In this document: in pieces, positions 13,301 through 26,806 of the stretch | How the letters are laid out: each line of letters starts with the position of its first letter | Numbering within the stretch: position 1 is the first letter of the stretch | DNA from: Mobula hypostoma | Lineage: Eukaryota | Reading direction: 5' to 3' | Length of the DNA: 64,000 nt | Assembly: GCF_963921235.1 (NCBI RefSeq) | Contig: NC_086107.1 | Coordinates: 106,208,001 to 106,272,000, forward strand | Notes under the pieces: model-generated | Told to the model about the DNA's origin: nothing | Seen by the model: only the letters and a program-made list of their open reading frames with translations | The model's database searches: none | Translations under genes and position numbers: made by a program

Positions 13301-14251
13301 ATTGTTTGACTGCTATTTCTGATAGTTGCCCCATTTGACTTGGCTCATTGTTCAGCAAAGCCGTCATTCCCACTGAGACAGAAATGCACAGATTAAGAAA
13401 GCTCTGTTCAACATGCTTCTCTTTGCCTCTATGTAATATAGACTTGCTAACCAGGTCTAAATTATCATCACTGCTTTTACACATCTTGGCAAACTTCCCA
13501 GCAAACCTGCTCTTTGACTTCCTTCTCACTGGCTGGAAGCCTACAGAAAAGTTTCCAGTATTGTAACGAAGCTTCTCTTGAGCTTGAAATCTAGACAGAC
13601 TCTGTCCTTGATCTCCCTCACTCTCCAGCCCTGTATTAATTCAATAGTTCCATTTCATATCAGAGAATGTGTCCAATATACAGTATGAAATTCTTGTTCT
13701 TCTCAGACATCCAGGGAAACAGAAGGGTTCCCCAAAGAATGAGTGACAGTAAAAATGTTCGAACCCCAAAGTCCCCTCACTCCCCCTCCCACGCACAAGC
13801 AGCAGCAAAGCATTGACCCCCCCGACACCTACTACAGCAAAAGCACCAGTACCCTCCACCCACCAAGCAAGCAATAGCAAAGCCCCCAAGAAAGACCACG
13901 ATAGGCAGTACGACAAAAACTAATCGTTCACCCGACAATTTGACATACCGCAGGCGCTCTCTCTCTCTCTCTCCCTAAATACTGAGCAGAGAGGTATCAC
14001 CCAGCGAGGGGGGAGACATATTTATCGTAATCAACCCTTCCCTTCCACCCCTTATTTCTTGAACACCTTCAGTCTAGGAATACTTAGAACCCACTCCTAT
14101 CCCTTTCTTGAGACAAGTCTCCACCTTTCCAACAACTTCTTTATTATTTCTTAGCCTTTCTAATTTTTCTAAATCTTTTATTTTAGTGATTGAACTTGAC
14201 ACAGACCCTTCTGGCCCAACAAGCCCCCACTGTCCAATTAACCTACTATCG

Positions 14252-14760
14252 ACAGTTCTGTGCAAAAGTTTTAGACACATATGTACAGCTAGGGTGTCTA
14301 AAACTTTTGCACAGTACTGTAGTAACTTTATGTATTGCACTGTACTGTTGCTTCAAAAGAAATAATTTCATGATATATGTGAGTGACGATAAGCCTGATT
14401 CCGATATGGGTCTCTATTGTGGACTGAGAGCGGGAAGGGGGCAGGGAGAGGGGAATCATTGTTGGGAAAAAGGGAAGGGAGAGGGGAGGTAGTGGGAAGC
14501 GCCAGAGAGACATTCTGTAATGATCAATAAACCAATCATTTGGAATCAAATGACCTTGCCTGGAGTCTCAGGGCTGGGTGCGTCTACACCCATGCCACCC
14601 CCCTGCCCCAGCAGTCCTCTGCCACCTACCCCACACCCCTCCCTCGACGCACCACCCTCGCCATTCCCAACATCCTGTGCTCCCGCTAGAATTACAAACT
14701 CGCTCTACGCTCCATGTTGACAAATACAATACTGCGCAGAAGTCTTCGGCATCCTTGCTA
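14252..14760. mobile_element. Repeat carrying a Tc1-like terminal palindrome; related copies at about 15685-16230 and 16406-16478
   Basis: CAGT(A/T)CTGTGCAAAAGTTTTAGACAC ... GTGTCTAAAACTTTTGCACAGTACTG hairpin. The body recurs in inverted form near 15690-16210. Confidence 0.6.
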
Positions 14761-16479
14761 TGCACATGTAAAAGTTCTGAGCATGCTACATTGGCACTGG
14801 AAGCATTGTGGCACGCGTGGGCAGCCCCCAGCACGTACTCAGATTATTAAGGCAAACAACGCATTTCGCGGTATGTTTCAATGTACATCTGATGAATATA
14901 ACTCATTTCTTTCTTAACCTATACATCTTTGGACTGTGGGAGGAAACCAGAGCACCCGGAGGAAACCCACGTGGTCACAGGGAGAACGTACAAACTCCTT
15001 ACAGGCAGCAGCAGAACTGAATCTGCGTCACCGTGACCGTAATATCATTACATTATTCGCCACGTTACCATGACAGCCTTGTTTGAAGACTTGCTATTTC
15101 TCATACAGAGAGTCATTGAATCATACGTTCCTTTGGCCCACAACGTCTGCCCCCTGCCATCGAAAACCCATTGAAATGAGCAAGAAATGATCTGCCGGAG
15201 GAACTCAGCAGGTTGAGCAGAGAACAACAGGAATTCTGCAGATGCTGGAAATTCAAGCAACATACATCAAAGTTGCTGGTGAACGCAGCAGGCCAAGCAG
15301 CATCTATAGGAAGAGGTGCAGTCGACGAACTTTGCAGGGGTTGGACTCAAAGCACCAACAATCTCTTCCCTCTCGAGATGCTGCTCGACCCACGAGTCCC
15401 TCCGGCAGATTGCTTGCTGTTCCAGTTCTGAGCCGCGACGGTCTCCTGTGTCCCTGTTTTACATGAACCCCATTTTACGATCCCCATGTTCCCATCAGCT
15501 CCCCAGATTCTATCCCTCACCTACACCATAGGAGCAATGTACAGTGGCCAATTAACCTCCCAGCCGCAGTCTTTGGAATCTGGGAGGAAACCAGAGCATA
15601 CAGAGGAGGCCGTGCAGTCACAGGGAAAATCCCACACAATCAGAGATCAGGAGAGAAATTGGGCCACTGTGGTGACTTGAAAGAGGTGCACAAAAGTCTC
15701 AGGCCCATACAGTATATATAGCCAGGGTGCTTCAGATTTGCACAGTACTGTATTTCTCAACGTGCAGCGGAGAGCGAGTTTGTAATTCTGGAGGGAGCAC
15801 AGGATGTTGGGAGTGCCAGGGTGGAGTGCTGTGGGAGGGGTGTAGGCCAGGTGGCACAGAAGGAGTGCCAGGGCTGGGGTGACACAAGTGCAGACACACC
15901 CAGCCCTGAGACACCGGGCAAGGTCACTTGATTCCAAACAATTGCTTATTTGTTCGGCCCGATACGTCGACTGTTTACTCTTTTCCATAGATGCTGCCTG
16001 GCCTGCTGAGTTCCTCCAGCATTTTCTGTGCGTTGCTTGGATTTCCAGCATCTGCAGATTTTCTCCTGTTTGTGATTGGATTAAAGAATGTCTCCCTGCT
16101 TCCCACTCCCTCCTTCTCCCTTCCCCTTTTCCCAACCATGATTCCCTTCTCCCTGCCCCTTTCCCACTCTCAGTCTACAAAAGAGACACTTATCAGAATC
16201 AGCTTTATCATCACTCACATGCGTCATAAAATGTGCTTACTTTTGCAGCCACAGTTAAGCAGAGTCTGTGGGAGGGAAATAATGGTTCACATTGGGTTGA
16301 AGCCCAGCATGAGAACTCTTCAAGGGTTGGACTCAAAACATCAACAATCTCTTCCCTCTCTAGATGCTGCTCGACCTATGTGCAGAGCAATACATAAAAT
16401 TACTCCAGTCCTGTGCAAAAGCCTTAGGCTCCCTAGCTATATACTGTATATGTTCCTAAGACATTTGCACAGTTCTGTA

Positions 16480-17225
16480 TATGTTTAAGAGAGGCATAGA
16501 GAGTGGACAGGCAGCAGCCTTTCCCAGGGCAGCAATGGCCAATATCATAGGACATGCATTTAGCATGAGAGGAGGAAAGTTTAGCTGAGATGTATTCAAC
16601 ACAGAAAGCGGTGGGTAGCTGGAATGCACTGCCGGTGTTGATGATAGAGCCTAATACAATAGGGACATTTAAAAAACTCTTTGGCACAGGGATGAAAGAA
16701 AAATGGAGGGTTATGGGCAGTGTAGGAGAGAGGGTTGGATTGATTGTGGAGTATGTTTATATGGGTCGGCAGAACGTTGTGGGCCGAAGGGCCTGTACTG
16801 TGCTGGTGCTGTCCTATGTTCAATAGAATATAGAATGTTACAGCACAGTACAGGCCCTTCAGTCCACAATGTGGTACTGAGATTTTAGTCCAATCTAAGA
16901 TCAATCTACCCATCCCTCCTGCATAGCCCTCCATCTTTCTACCACCCATGGGCCTGTTTAAGAGTTTCTTAAATGCCCCAATGTATCTGCTCCTACCACC
17001 ACCCTTGGCAGAGGTTTCCAAGCACCCACCAGTCTCTGCATCAAAAGTGTACCACTGACGTTCCCCCCTAAACTTCATGCCCCCTCGTATTAGTCATTTC
17101 CACCCTGGGAAAAAGTCTCCAGACATTCACCTGATCCATGCCTCTTATCATCTTGTAGACCTCTATCAAGTCACCTCTCATCCTCCTTCACTCCAAAGAG
17201 AAACGCCCTAGTTTGCTCAACCTAA
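16480..17225. mobile_element. Two CR1 3' fragments, tail-to-tail (plus 16480-16820, minus 16830-17225)
   Basis: WNALP/FKKL motifs and GGGCCGAAGGGCCTGTACTGTGCTG 3' ends on opposite strands. Confidence 0.75.
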
Positions 17226-18544
17226 CCTATCTATATCCCAGATTTTTTTCTTGCACCGCTGACCTCCTTTTTAATATTATCTTCCTGTGCCCAAACCCCA
17301 GTATTAGTTGGGACCACACCACAGCATAACAAAAACTCACGCTTTGCCAAGATGCAAACCATCCGGTGTGTATAGATCCCTGAACTGATCCCGATATCCC
17401 TGGAGTCTGAATCTCACCGGGACCACCTTGCCAGCCAGGGATTTATTTGTGCCATCTCCTGTTCCTATATTCTCCAGGGCGCAATCCTCTGATTACTCCC
17501 TTTCATGCCCTGTCACCTTAATCTCTTTCTTAACTCCTTCTAATCTATCTGCGGTACATCGTCCTTCTTCCAACTTATCTCATTGCTACTGATATGGACA
17601 GTCACCTCTGGAGAACAAGAGACCGCAGATGCCGGAACCTGAAGCAAGGAAAAACAAATTCCTGGAGGAAGTCAACGAGCCAGGGAGTATCTGTGGAGGG
17701 CAATGGGCTGCCGAAGTGTAGGATCGAGACCCTTCATCAGGTCTCAGCCCAGGGCGTCGATTGCCTGTTCTCTCCTCCGTAGATGCTGCCTGACTCGCTG
17801 ATTTCCTACAGCCTTTGGTGTGTGTTGCTCAAGATCTGCAGAATCCAGTGTCTTTGACGTTTCATCCATCATCTGGACTGGCTTCATCTCAGTCCAGGTG
17901 AGGGGTCGCGACCCGAAGCATCAAGTGCCCACTTCCCCACACAGATGCTGCCTGGCCTGCTGAGAGACAGAGGGGATAGAGCTACTCTAAAGAGGGGTGG
18001 GGAAATAGCTCGCAAGAGACCGGTGGATCCAGGAGGGGTTAGGGGACGGAAAGAAGGAGAACAGAAAAAAAACGACCGAGGTTGGGAGGTGATGGGTGGA
18101 CATGACAAAGGGCTGAAGATAGTGAAATCCAATAGGAAAGGAAGATGGAGCATGAACCAAATAAGGGGAGTGAGGAGGGCAGATGGGAACAGTGGGGTGA
18201 GGGGTCCTAGTCCTACTGGGAGGATGGTGTGGCTAATGAGCAAGTGGGTAGAGGACAGTAAGTAAACAGAGAGATGGGGGTCTGAGGGTGGGGTCAGTGT
18301 CAGATGCTGGGTAGATTATGAGGTGAGAGAAAGGGGATTGGGGAAACAAGTAATGTCACTATGTACTGGATTAAATCACAGAAAAAATATACTTTAAACA
18401 CTATTATTATTGGATTACTTGCTGTCTATAATGCCGCAGTTTAAACCAAAGCTTGTTTGTACTTTTCAGGGATCTGTTTCTCATGTCCCGCAAACACCTA
18501 TAATTTCTGACTGAAGGTAAAACTTGTAGCAATGATTACCAGAG

Positions 18545-18816
18545 ACAGAGTGTACCTGTCTCGGTGTGTACCTGTCCCAGAGTGCACCTGTGCCAGTCAG
18601 CACCTAAGTGTCATCCCAGCAAGTACCTGTGACAGCATTCACCTGCCCTAGTCAGTATCTGCATCAATGTATACCTGTCCAGTATGCACCTGTGCCAGGG
18701 TGTGCCTGTCTTGGTGTGCACCTGTCCGAATGCGTACCTGTCCCGGTGCGCACCTGTCCGAATGCGTACCTGTCCCGGTGCGCACCTGTCCGAATGCGTA
18801 CCTGTCCCGGTGTGTA
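18545..18816. repeat. 16-bp-based minisatellite ending in perfect 32-bp dimers
   Basis: ACCTGTCC-core units. CACCTGTCCGAATGCGTACCTGTCCCGGTGCG is repeated about 3 times at 18719-18812. Confidence 0.85.
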
Positions 18817-18929
18817 CGATAAGTGACAATATCACGTTTGTTTTTCTCTTTCCAGATTGCGTGCGGCATGCTGCGTTGAATGTTTCCCCGGAGTAATGAC
18901 ATCATCTGTTGTTAAATCAGCAAACAACA

Positions 18930-19260
18930 GTGGGAGAGAAAGGTCTGAAGGAAAATAGGGACTGGGATAAGAGTGTGCTGAGAGAGAGAATGAGGGGGGT
19001 GGAGAGAGAAAGTGAAAGAAAGAAAGGGTGAAAGAAAGAGAGAGGGGGAGAGAGAGAAAGAGAGAGGGGAAGATAGAGAGAGAAAGATCAAGATGGGGTG
19101 AGAGAGAGAGGAAGGTCAAAAGAAGGATAAAGAGAGAAGGAAAATGGAAAGGGAGAGGGGTAGAGATGGGGGAATGGGGAGGGAGAGAGAGGGGGGAGAA
19201 AGATAGGAGAGAGAGAGGTGGGATGAGGGAGAGAGAATAAGAGTTGGAGAGAGAAGGACT
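18930..19260. repeat. GA-rich low-complexity tract
   Basis: Polypurine GAGA/GGAA runs. Confidence 0.9.
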
Positions 19261-20928
19261 CCATCTTAATTCAGTCTCTTACAGTGAACCCACCCCAGAC
19301 CTACTTCATCCTCTCCCAGCCCCCTGCCTCAGCTGTACACTCCCACTCCACCCGAGCTGAGATTTGTTCTCTCTCCGTTTCTGTGCAGATGTCTCTAGAT
19401 ACTGAAGACCAAAATGATCCCACCATGGAATCTCCCGGGAACTGTGTCCCTCTGGTTCTCTTATGTAGCCATCAGAGCCAGTGTATCAGTCAGAACTTCA
19501 ATCAAAGATATGACTTAACTTCAAATTACATCAGTCTAACAGATGTTTTAAAAACAGTGCCTCTCTGATGCAGACTAGATGCTCAATGCAGAGTGGAAAA
19601 GATTCAGTGTTGAGCTGTAGCCAAGTCTGGAGAGGAGTCCATTACAGAATGAGTGATCTGTGAGTTCAAATCCCATCAATCCAGTTGGGAAATGCAAGCA
19701 AGCTGAATTTTAGAAAACTTCTTTCCAAATAGAGCTGGTTTTAGTAACATGTACTTGGAGATCAGCAGTCTCTTGTTAAAAACTTATTTCTTGTATCTTC
19801 TAACATCTCCACCACCCATCAGCCTCACACCTCAAACCTCATAGAATCATAGAACACTACAGCACAAAGACAGGCCCTTCAGCCCATCTAGTCTGTACAG
19901 AATTATATTCTGCCTAGTCTCATCAGCCTGCACCTGGACCTTAGCCCTTCATACCCCTGCCATCCATGTATCTATCCAAATTTCTCATAAATGTAGGAAA
20001 AGCCTGTTTGTCTTTACCCTATCTATACTTCACTATAATTCTGTAACCCACGAATCTCCCCCTCATTTTCCTATACTCCAGAGAATAAAGTCCTAACCTT
20101 TTCAAACTTCCTCTACAACTTAATTCCTGACCACATCCTCGTAAGTTTTCTCTGCACTCTTTCAACCTTATCGATATCTTTCCTGTAGGTGGATAACCAG
20201 AGCTGCACACAAGACTCCAAATTTGGCTTCACCAAAGTCTTCCCCCAGCACTGGATGCAGGCCTCTGGATCTGAGCAGCTGCACCTCTGTGTAGCTCATG
20301 GAATATTGGCTGAAGGAAACCTGCCCTCCTCTCTCTGGCAGGGCTATTTATTTTAATTTTAATTAGCGATACAGCACGGAGAAGGCCCTTCTGGCCCTTC
20401 AAGTCACGTCACCCCAGCAACCCCCCAATTAACCCTAAACTAATCACGGGACAATTTACAATGACCAATTAACCTACCCGGTATGTCTAAGGAAAAGGGT
20501 ACCCTCCCCCCTCCCCATCTTCTTACTCTGACACCTCATCTTTTTTTCTCCAGTCCTGCTGAAGGGTCTCGGCCCGAAATGTCAGCTGTTCACTCTTTTC
20601 CCTAGATGTTGCCCGGCCTGCTGAGTTCCTCCAGCATTTTGTGTGTGTTACTTGAATATTGAAAGGCCTATTGAAAGTGCATGTGGAGAGGATGGTTCTA
20701 TTAGTGGGAGAGTCTTGGACCAGAGGCACAGCCTCAGAATACGAGCTCTCCTTTAAAACGGAGATACAGCGGAAATTCTTTAGCCACAGGGTGATGATTC
20801 TGTGGAATTCATTGCCATAGATGGCTGTGGAGGCCAAATCATTGGGTATATTTAAAGTGGAGGTTGACGGATTCTTAATTAGTAAGGACATCAAAGGTTA
20901 TGGGGAGAAGGCAGGAGAATGGGGTTGA

Positions 20929-21274
20929 CTTACTTACTTCCTGCTTGTTGTGCTGCTGGCATTTAGGACAGCAATAAAGGTTTCCATCTCTGTCTGTCCG
21001 TACTGTCACACGCAGATGTAGAACGATTCTTCATTGCTGTTTCTGCAACAAGTTTTTTTAAACCGGTCGTGGCTGTTAACCCTGAGCTGAACCGCCCCCC
21101 CCCCAAACCTGGTGGACCACTCTTAGTCTGGTCTCTCCACCCTTTGACCTGTTTGGCATGGGTGACCCTACCAAGAGCCAAAGCACTAGGACCTGACTCC
21201 AGCCAGCCCAGCTCGCTGGGTCGTTGAGGCACACACCACCTCCAAACTTTACAACAAGGATGTGGTCCTCTTGG
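20929..21274 (-). mobile_element. Short RTE-like non-autonomous retroelement inserted in a CR1 3' end (CR1 about 20655-21380, plus strand)
   Basis: TSD AGGAGAATRGGGTTGA (20913-20928 and 21275-21290), an (AAGT)n tail, and homology to 49960-50383. Confidence 0.65.
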
Positions 21275-21977
21275 AGGAGAATAGGGTTGAGAGGGATATT
21301 AAATCAGCTATGATCCAACGGCAGTGCAGACTGACTGGGCTAAGTGGCCAAATTCTGCCCTGTATCTTGTGGACTATGTGTCAGTAATGAATGGGGAGAC
21401 TTATTGGATTTTATAAGTTGAGAATTAATGAGGAAAGATGATCCTCTGGATTCGAGAAACTGGGGGAATTTGATCCATTGGATTCTATATTGGTGATAAA
21501 TAAGGAATTATACCGCTGAGATTCTATAAGCTGATGGTTAGTGGGGAAAGATGACTCACTAGATCCTATAAATTGCGACAGTTGAAGTGAGCTGTTACAG
21601 TAATATATACTTCCTGGGATTCACACAGATCCATCTATTAATCAACGTGTTTCATGAGACTAGTTTCTATCTGCTGCAATATATCTTTCCCTTTCCTTTG
21701 CATTGCACCATTTCATCTTGGTGACAATGTCTTTTAAGAGCCTCATAGGAGACAGAAAGTTATTAACCAATGTCCAAGGATATAAATTTATAATGTTAGT
21801 CTTTCTTGTACAGGAAGGTTTTCAATTCACCGGTTACGAATATAGAACATTGGATGGAATGATGAGGTCATTAGTTATGCGCTCACTCCATCAAAATCTG
21901 ACAAGCTTCTCTTTCCTCCTTTATTTACACGCATTTCTGTCCATTTCCCTTCGGCCAAGGTGTATTTATAGGTTACA

Positions 21978-22788
21978 TTCAGTGGCCACTTTATTAGCGA
22001 CCTCCTGTACCTAATAAAATGATCTCAGCATGTATATTCATGATCTTCTGCTGCTGTAGCCCATCCACTTCAAGGTTCGAGGTATTGTGCTCCAAGTTTC
22101 ACCAATTGCCTGGTGTTCCTCTCTCCCCTCCTCCCCCCCACCTTTCTAATCTATGCCTCAGCCTTTTTTCTCCAGTCCTGCCGAAGGGTTTCAGCCCGAA
22201 ATGTCAACTGTACTTTCTTCCTGAGATGCTGCCTGGCCTGCTGAGTTCCTTCAGTATTTTGTGTGTGTGTGTGTGTGTTGTGCATTCAGGGATGGTTTTC
22301 TGCACACCACTGTTGTAACGTGAGGTTGTTTGAGTTACTGTCGCCTTCCTGTCAGCCTGAACCAGTCTGGTCGTTCTCCTCTGACCTCTCCCATGAACAA
22401 GGTCTTTTCACCCACAGAACTGTCACTTACCAGAGTCTTTTTTTCTGCACCAGTCTCTGTAAACTCCAGAGACTGTTGTGCATGAAAAGCCCAGGAGATC
22501 AACAGTTTCTGAGATACGCAAACCACCCCGTCTGGCACCGGACATGAAAATCCCAGGAGACCAGCAGTTTCTGAGATACTCAAATCATCCCATCAGGCAC
22601 CAACAATCATTCCACAGTCAAAATCATTTAGATCACATTCCTTCCCCATGCTGATGTTTGGTCTGAAGAACAGCTGAACCTCGTGACCATGTCTGCATGC
22701 TTTTATGCATGGAGTTGCTGCCACGTGATTGGCTGATTAGATATTTTCATTAACGAGCAGGTGTATTTAATAAAGAGGCCACTAAGTC
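21978..22788 (-). mobile_element. Tc1-family deletion derivative with an internal Penelope fragment (about 22090-22270)
   Basis: TIR CAGTGGCCACTTTATTA and a SISETAGLLGFS remnant on the minus strand. Confidence 0.8.
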
Positions 22789-23119
22789 TGTTTTTGATGG
22801 TGGAGGCATCACAGATTCTCTGTGGGCTTGGTCTGAGCAGATAGTCAGAGGGTGGGTATACCTGGAAGTGACATTGCTGGCAGGACTTCTCATTCAACAG
22901 GCTATGATTAATTCAAAATGATCATGGTAAGTACCTTCCCAGCTCTCGGGATTTGCCCATGCTACCAGTCGATTGTCACTGGACTTGGGATCCCTCTGCA
23001 CAGGCAGAATACTTTAGGTCATTAACAATCTAACGTAATTGTCAAAGGTAGTAAGAATACTGCTCTTCTAGTTAAAACGATAAGAATATAGCTCGTGTTT
23101 AAATAAGTATATTCCCAAA

Positions 23120-24160
23120 TGATCCCGGAATGAAAGGGTTAATATAAAGAGCGTTTGATGGCTCTGGGCCTGTACTCACTGGAACTCAGAAGAATGTGGG
23201 GGATCTCATTGAAACCTATTGAATATTGAAAGGCCTAGATAGAGTAGACGCGAAGGGGATATTTCCTATAGTGGGAGAGTCTAGGACCAGAGGGCACAGC
23301 TTCTGAATAGAAGGACACCCCTTTAGAACAGAGATGAGTAGGAACTTCTTTAGCCAGAAGCTGGTGAATCTGTGCAATTCATTGCCACAGTCGACTGCAG
23401 AAGCCAAATCATTGGTTACATTTAAAGTGGAGGGTGGTTGGTTCTTGGTTAGTCAGGGCTTTAATGGTTACAGGGAGATGGCAGGAGAGTGGGGATGAGA
23501 GGGAAAATAAATCAGCCGTGATGGAATGGCAGAGTAATTGAGATGGGCCAAATGGCCTAATTTTGCTCCTGTGTCTTATGATCTTAATTAACTAAATAAT
23601 TAGAAGCACAGAGTACAAGAGCGAGGAAACTGTCATAAATCTTCATTAAGCACTAACTTGGCCACAACTGGAGAAGCATCCAGTTCTGGGCACCATACTT
23701 TAGGAAAGATGTGATAGCAGGAGGAAGGGAGAGCTGGCGTAATTCATCGGTGTGTTACAAAGGAGAGTTTGGACAGACCGGGGTTGCTTTGTCTGGAGTG
23801 ACAGAGGCCTAGGGGAAGTGTGATCGAACTTTATAAAATTATGAGTGGCTTCTATCATATAGAGACAGCCAGTATCCCTTTCCCAGGTTCAAAATGTCTA
23901 ATACTAGAAGACACGCATTTAAGAAAAGGGACTGAAAGCTCAGGGGAGAGGTACAGGAAAAGTTTTTAACACAGAGAGTGGAGAGTGCCAGGAATGTGCT
24001 ACCTGGGCTGCTGGCGGAGGCAAATGTGATAGAGGCTCTTGGATGTGCACACGAATATGTAGGGAAAGAGGGGATATGGACCATGTGTAGACAGTCGGGA
24101 TTAGATGCCATTAGCTTAAGTTGTTCCTCCAAAGGGCCTATTCCTGTGCTGTACTATATT
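23120..24160 (+). mobile_element. Two adjacent CR1 3' fragments
   Basis: GLYSLE.RR..GDLIETY and SRTRGHS motifs. Confidence 0.75.
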
Positions 24161-24782
24161 ATAACATTGAAGGAGGCCCCCTTCAGCCCCTCTAGGCTAT
24201 ACTAACTCAACCTCCAATCACACCACAGTTGCTCTTCTGGTTTTGACAATAATGGGAGAGTGAGCATCGTGCTGGCAGGAGAGCTAGGAAACAGAGAATG
24301 CTGGAAAACCTCAGCAGGTCAGGTAGCATCGGTGGAAACAGAAACTATTAATATTTCTGCAACGTTACCTGCTTCTCTTTCCACGGATGCTGACTGACCT
24401 GCTGAGTGTTTCCAGCAGTCACCATTTTCTGTTTTTACATCAGATTGGCTCAGTTTACTTGTATACGTTTCTGAGACAGGTACGGCCAGCAAACATTAAG
24501 AGCTCATTACAACAGACCGAGAAGCTGAATGTGATGGTAACTGCCACCATGCACCACTTCAACTCATCCTATCACAGACATTCCTTTTATTCTAGCTATC
24601 CCCCTGATTTGCTAAAGACTAATTTGCACCTCTCTCTTTCCAAGTTCTGATAACGGATCACAGACCTGATATTTTAACTGTTCCTCTTTCTACAGATGCT
24701 GTCCAACCTGCTGAGTATTTCCAGCATTTTCTGTATTTTTTTCAGGTTTCCAACATCTGCAGGATGCTCTATTTTCATTTAC

Positions 24783-25165
24783 TGGTGGCGGGGTGGAAAT
24801 ATGTCTCTGCCAAAGGAGGTGTAGGGCGTTCCTTCCCTCCACTAGCCTGCAGATCACCCTTGGGCAGGGTGTAGCGCCTGATTCGCCCTTCCCAATCAGG
24901 GTCACGTGAAGCCATTGGAGGAGGTGGTGGATGGTCGTCTGAGTAGCTGGTGCAAATAACAAGTCCTGTTTATGCAACCACTATTGCCAAGCAGACAATC
25001 TCTGAAGAGTATTGATAATGGCTAGGACCACTCATCTTATAAAGACACTGCCCAGAAGAAGGAAATGACAAACCAGTTCTGTACATTATTTGCCAAGAAC
25101 AAACATGGTCATGAAAAGACCATGATCGTCCATGTCATACGACATGGCGTATAATGATGATGACT
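24783..25165 (+). mobile_element. Short retroposon with an RTE/BovB-like 3' tail; other copies at about 36110-36480, 46555-47160 and 51505-51885 (all minus)
   Basis: Four homologous copies of about 380 bp. GAAGAAGGCAATGGCAAACCACTTCTG resembles the BovB-type 3' end. (ATG)n tail. Confidence 0.65.
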
Positions 25166-25659
25166 GTTATAACAGAGCCTACATTACCTATTGATGTTCA
25201 ACAGCCTCTCGTTGACGTCTAGTTTTATCCATCTGGTTTCATGCTTACACCCTGATGTCCTACAGCTTCTCAGAACCAAGTATAGACTCTTGTTGCAAGG
25301 TCAAGGCAAAATAGGGCAAGAGAGCTCCCCCAGCTCAGGTTTAAAGTGGAGAATAGTAGTTGTAGGGTGCCAGGAGATCCCTGAATTAAGTCGAAACATA
25401 CAGTGAAATGTGTTGTTTCCATGATGTGCTGGAGGCAGCCCAAAAGTGCTGCCGCAGGTTCCAGCTCCAACATTTCATGCCCACAAGGTTCAGCAGGACA
25501 AGACAGGCAGCAACAAGAACAACAATATCAAAACAGACCCCAGGACTTGCCGATCATGGCCTTTAGGGCTCGGCTTCTAGACTCGCATGGACGTCCAAAC
25601 AGTTTGAACAAAAGAACGCCAAGCCCCTTCACTCCATCCACGACACGCGGAATTTCCCA

Positions 25660-26245
25660 GTGCCCGCCCATCTTAATTCCAGCCCGATTCCCACTCAGAC
25701 ATGTCAGTCCATGGCCTCTTCTGCTTCCATGATGGGGCCACTCTCAGGTTGGGGAAGAAGCCGGAATTCCGTCTGCATTGCTTCCAACCTTTTGGCGTCA
25801 GCACCGATTTCTCCAACTTCCAGTAATTTCTCCACTTCCCCTTTCACTCTTTCTCCATTCCCCTTTCTGGCTTCCCTCTTACCCCTTCTCTTCTCCTCAC
25901 CTTCCTTCCACTTCTCCTTAGTGCCCCTCCTCCTTCCTTTTCTCCCATGGTCCACTTTCCTCTTCGATCCGATTCCTCCTTCTTCAGCCCTTTACCCTTT
26001 CCACCTATTGCCTCCCAGCTTCTCACTTCATCCTCCCTCCCCTAACCACCTACCTTCCCCCTCACCTGGCTTCACCGATCACTTCCACCTTCCCCACACA
26101 TCCCCTCCCCACCTGCTTATTCTGGCTTCTTCCCCCTTCCGCTCCAGCCCCGATGAGGGGTCTCAGCCCAAAATGTTGGCTCTTTATTCCTTTCCATTGA
26201 TGCTGCCTGACCTGTCGAGTTCCTCCAGTGTTCTGTGTGTGTTAC
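25660..26245 (+). mobile_element. Penelope-like element 3' fragment
   Basis: HLNSSPI...DMSVHGL GIY-YIG C-terminal remnant, a pyrimidine-rich UTR, and a degenerate hammerhead near 26144. Confidence 0.7.
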
Positions 26246-26806
26246 CAAGGAGGACAAGTTCTTTTGTTCAGGCCAATGGACTGGTCACTGTCACTCGTGG
26301 AAGGCTTAACCAGAATGCACGCAGATTGAAATGATTAACAGGATGTGTTCGCCCAGTCAGCGCTGTATGATTCATGGAGCTGTGATTAACTCTGACAAAC
26401 CAGCGGCTGATGGTGCTCTTTTGGCTGCGATCCCTTTCTGTTAGAAATTTCAATCACCATTACACACCCAGAGTGGGTTGAAAGGCCAAACGAACAGCAG
26501 GTCCCAGTGGCCTTCTGAGCAAACTAATTCCATCAAGCCATACGCTCTCCGCTGCCTGCTTTACTGAATGGGTTTGTTGTGTGACTGCCTGTCTCCAGCT
26601 AACCAACAACCGCCCTCTGCCTGTTTCTGTTGTGCTGCTTAGACGGTCAGGGACCACTTCACTAGCTACACCTGCTCGCCAATGTAAGTGTCTAATCAGC
26701 CAATCATGTGACAACAACTCAATGCATAAAAGCATGCAGGCACAGTCAAGAGGTTCAGTTGTTGTTCTGATCAAACATCAGAATGGGGAAGAAATGTGAT
26801 CTAAGT

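Noticed and set aside
13266..13566. ORFs in unique-looking DNA as possible exons
   Set aside because: No similarity to NPTXR or any family I recognise, and no convincing splice pair.
21215..21274. Possible HDV-like ribozyme at the 5' end of the RTE-like element (CAC-xTCCTTGTy-GT motif; also near 50340-50383)
   Set aside because: It resembles a P3/L3 loop, but I could not build the full nested double pseudoknot. A consensus and a structure-descriptor search are needed.
25660..26334. 224-aa Ser/Pro/Phe-rich ORF
   Set aside because: Read-through of a pyrimidine-rich Penelope 3' UTR.
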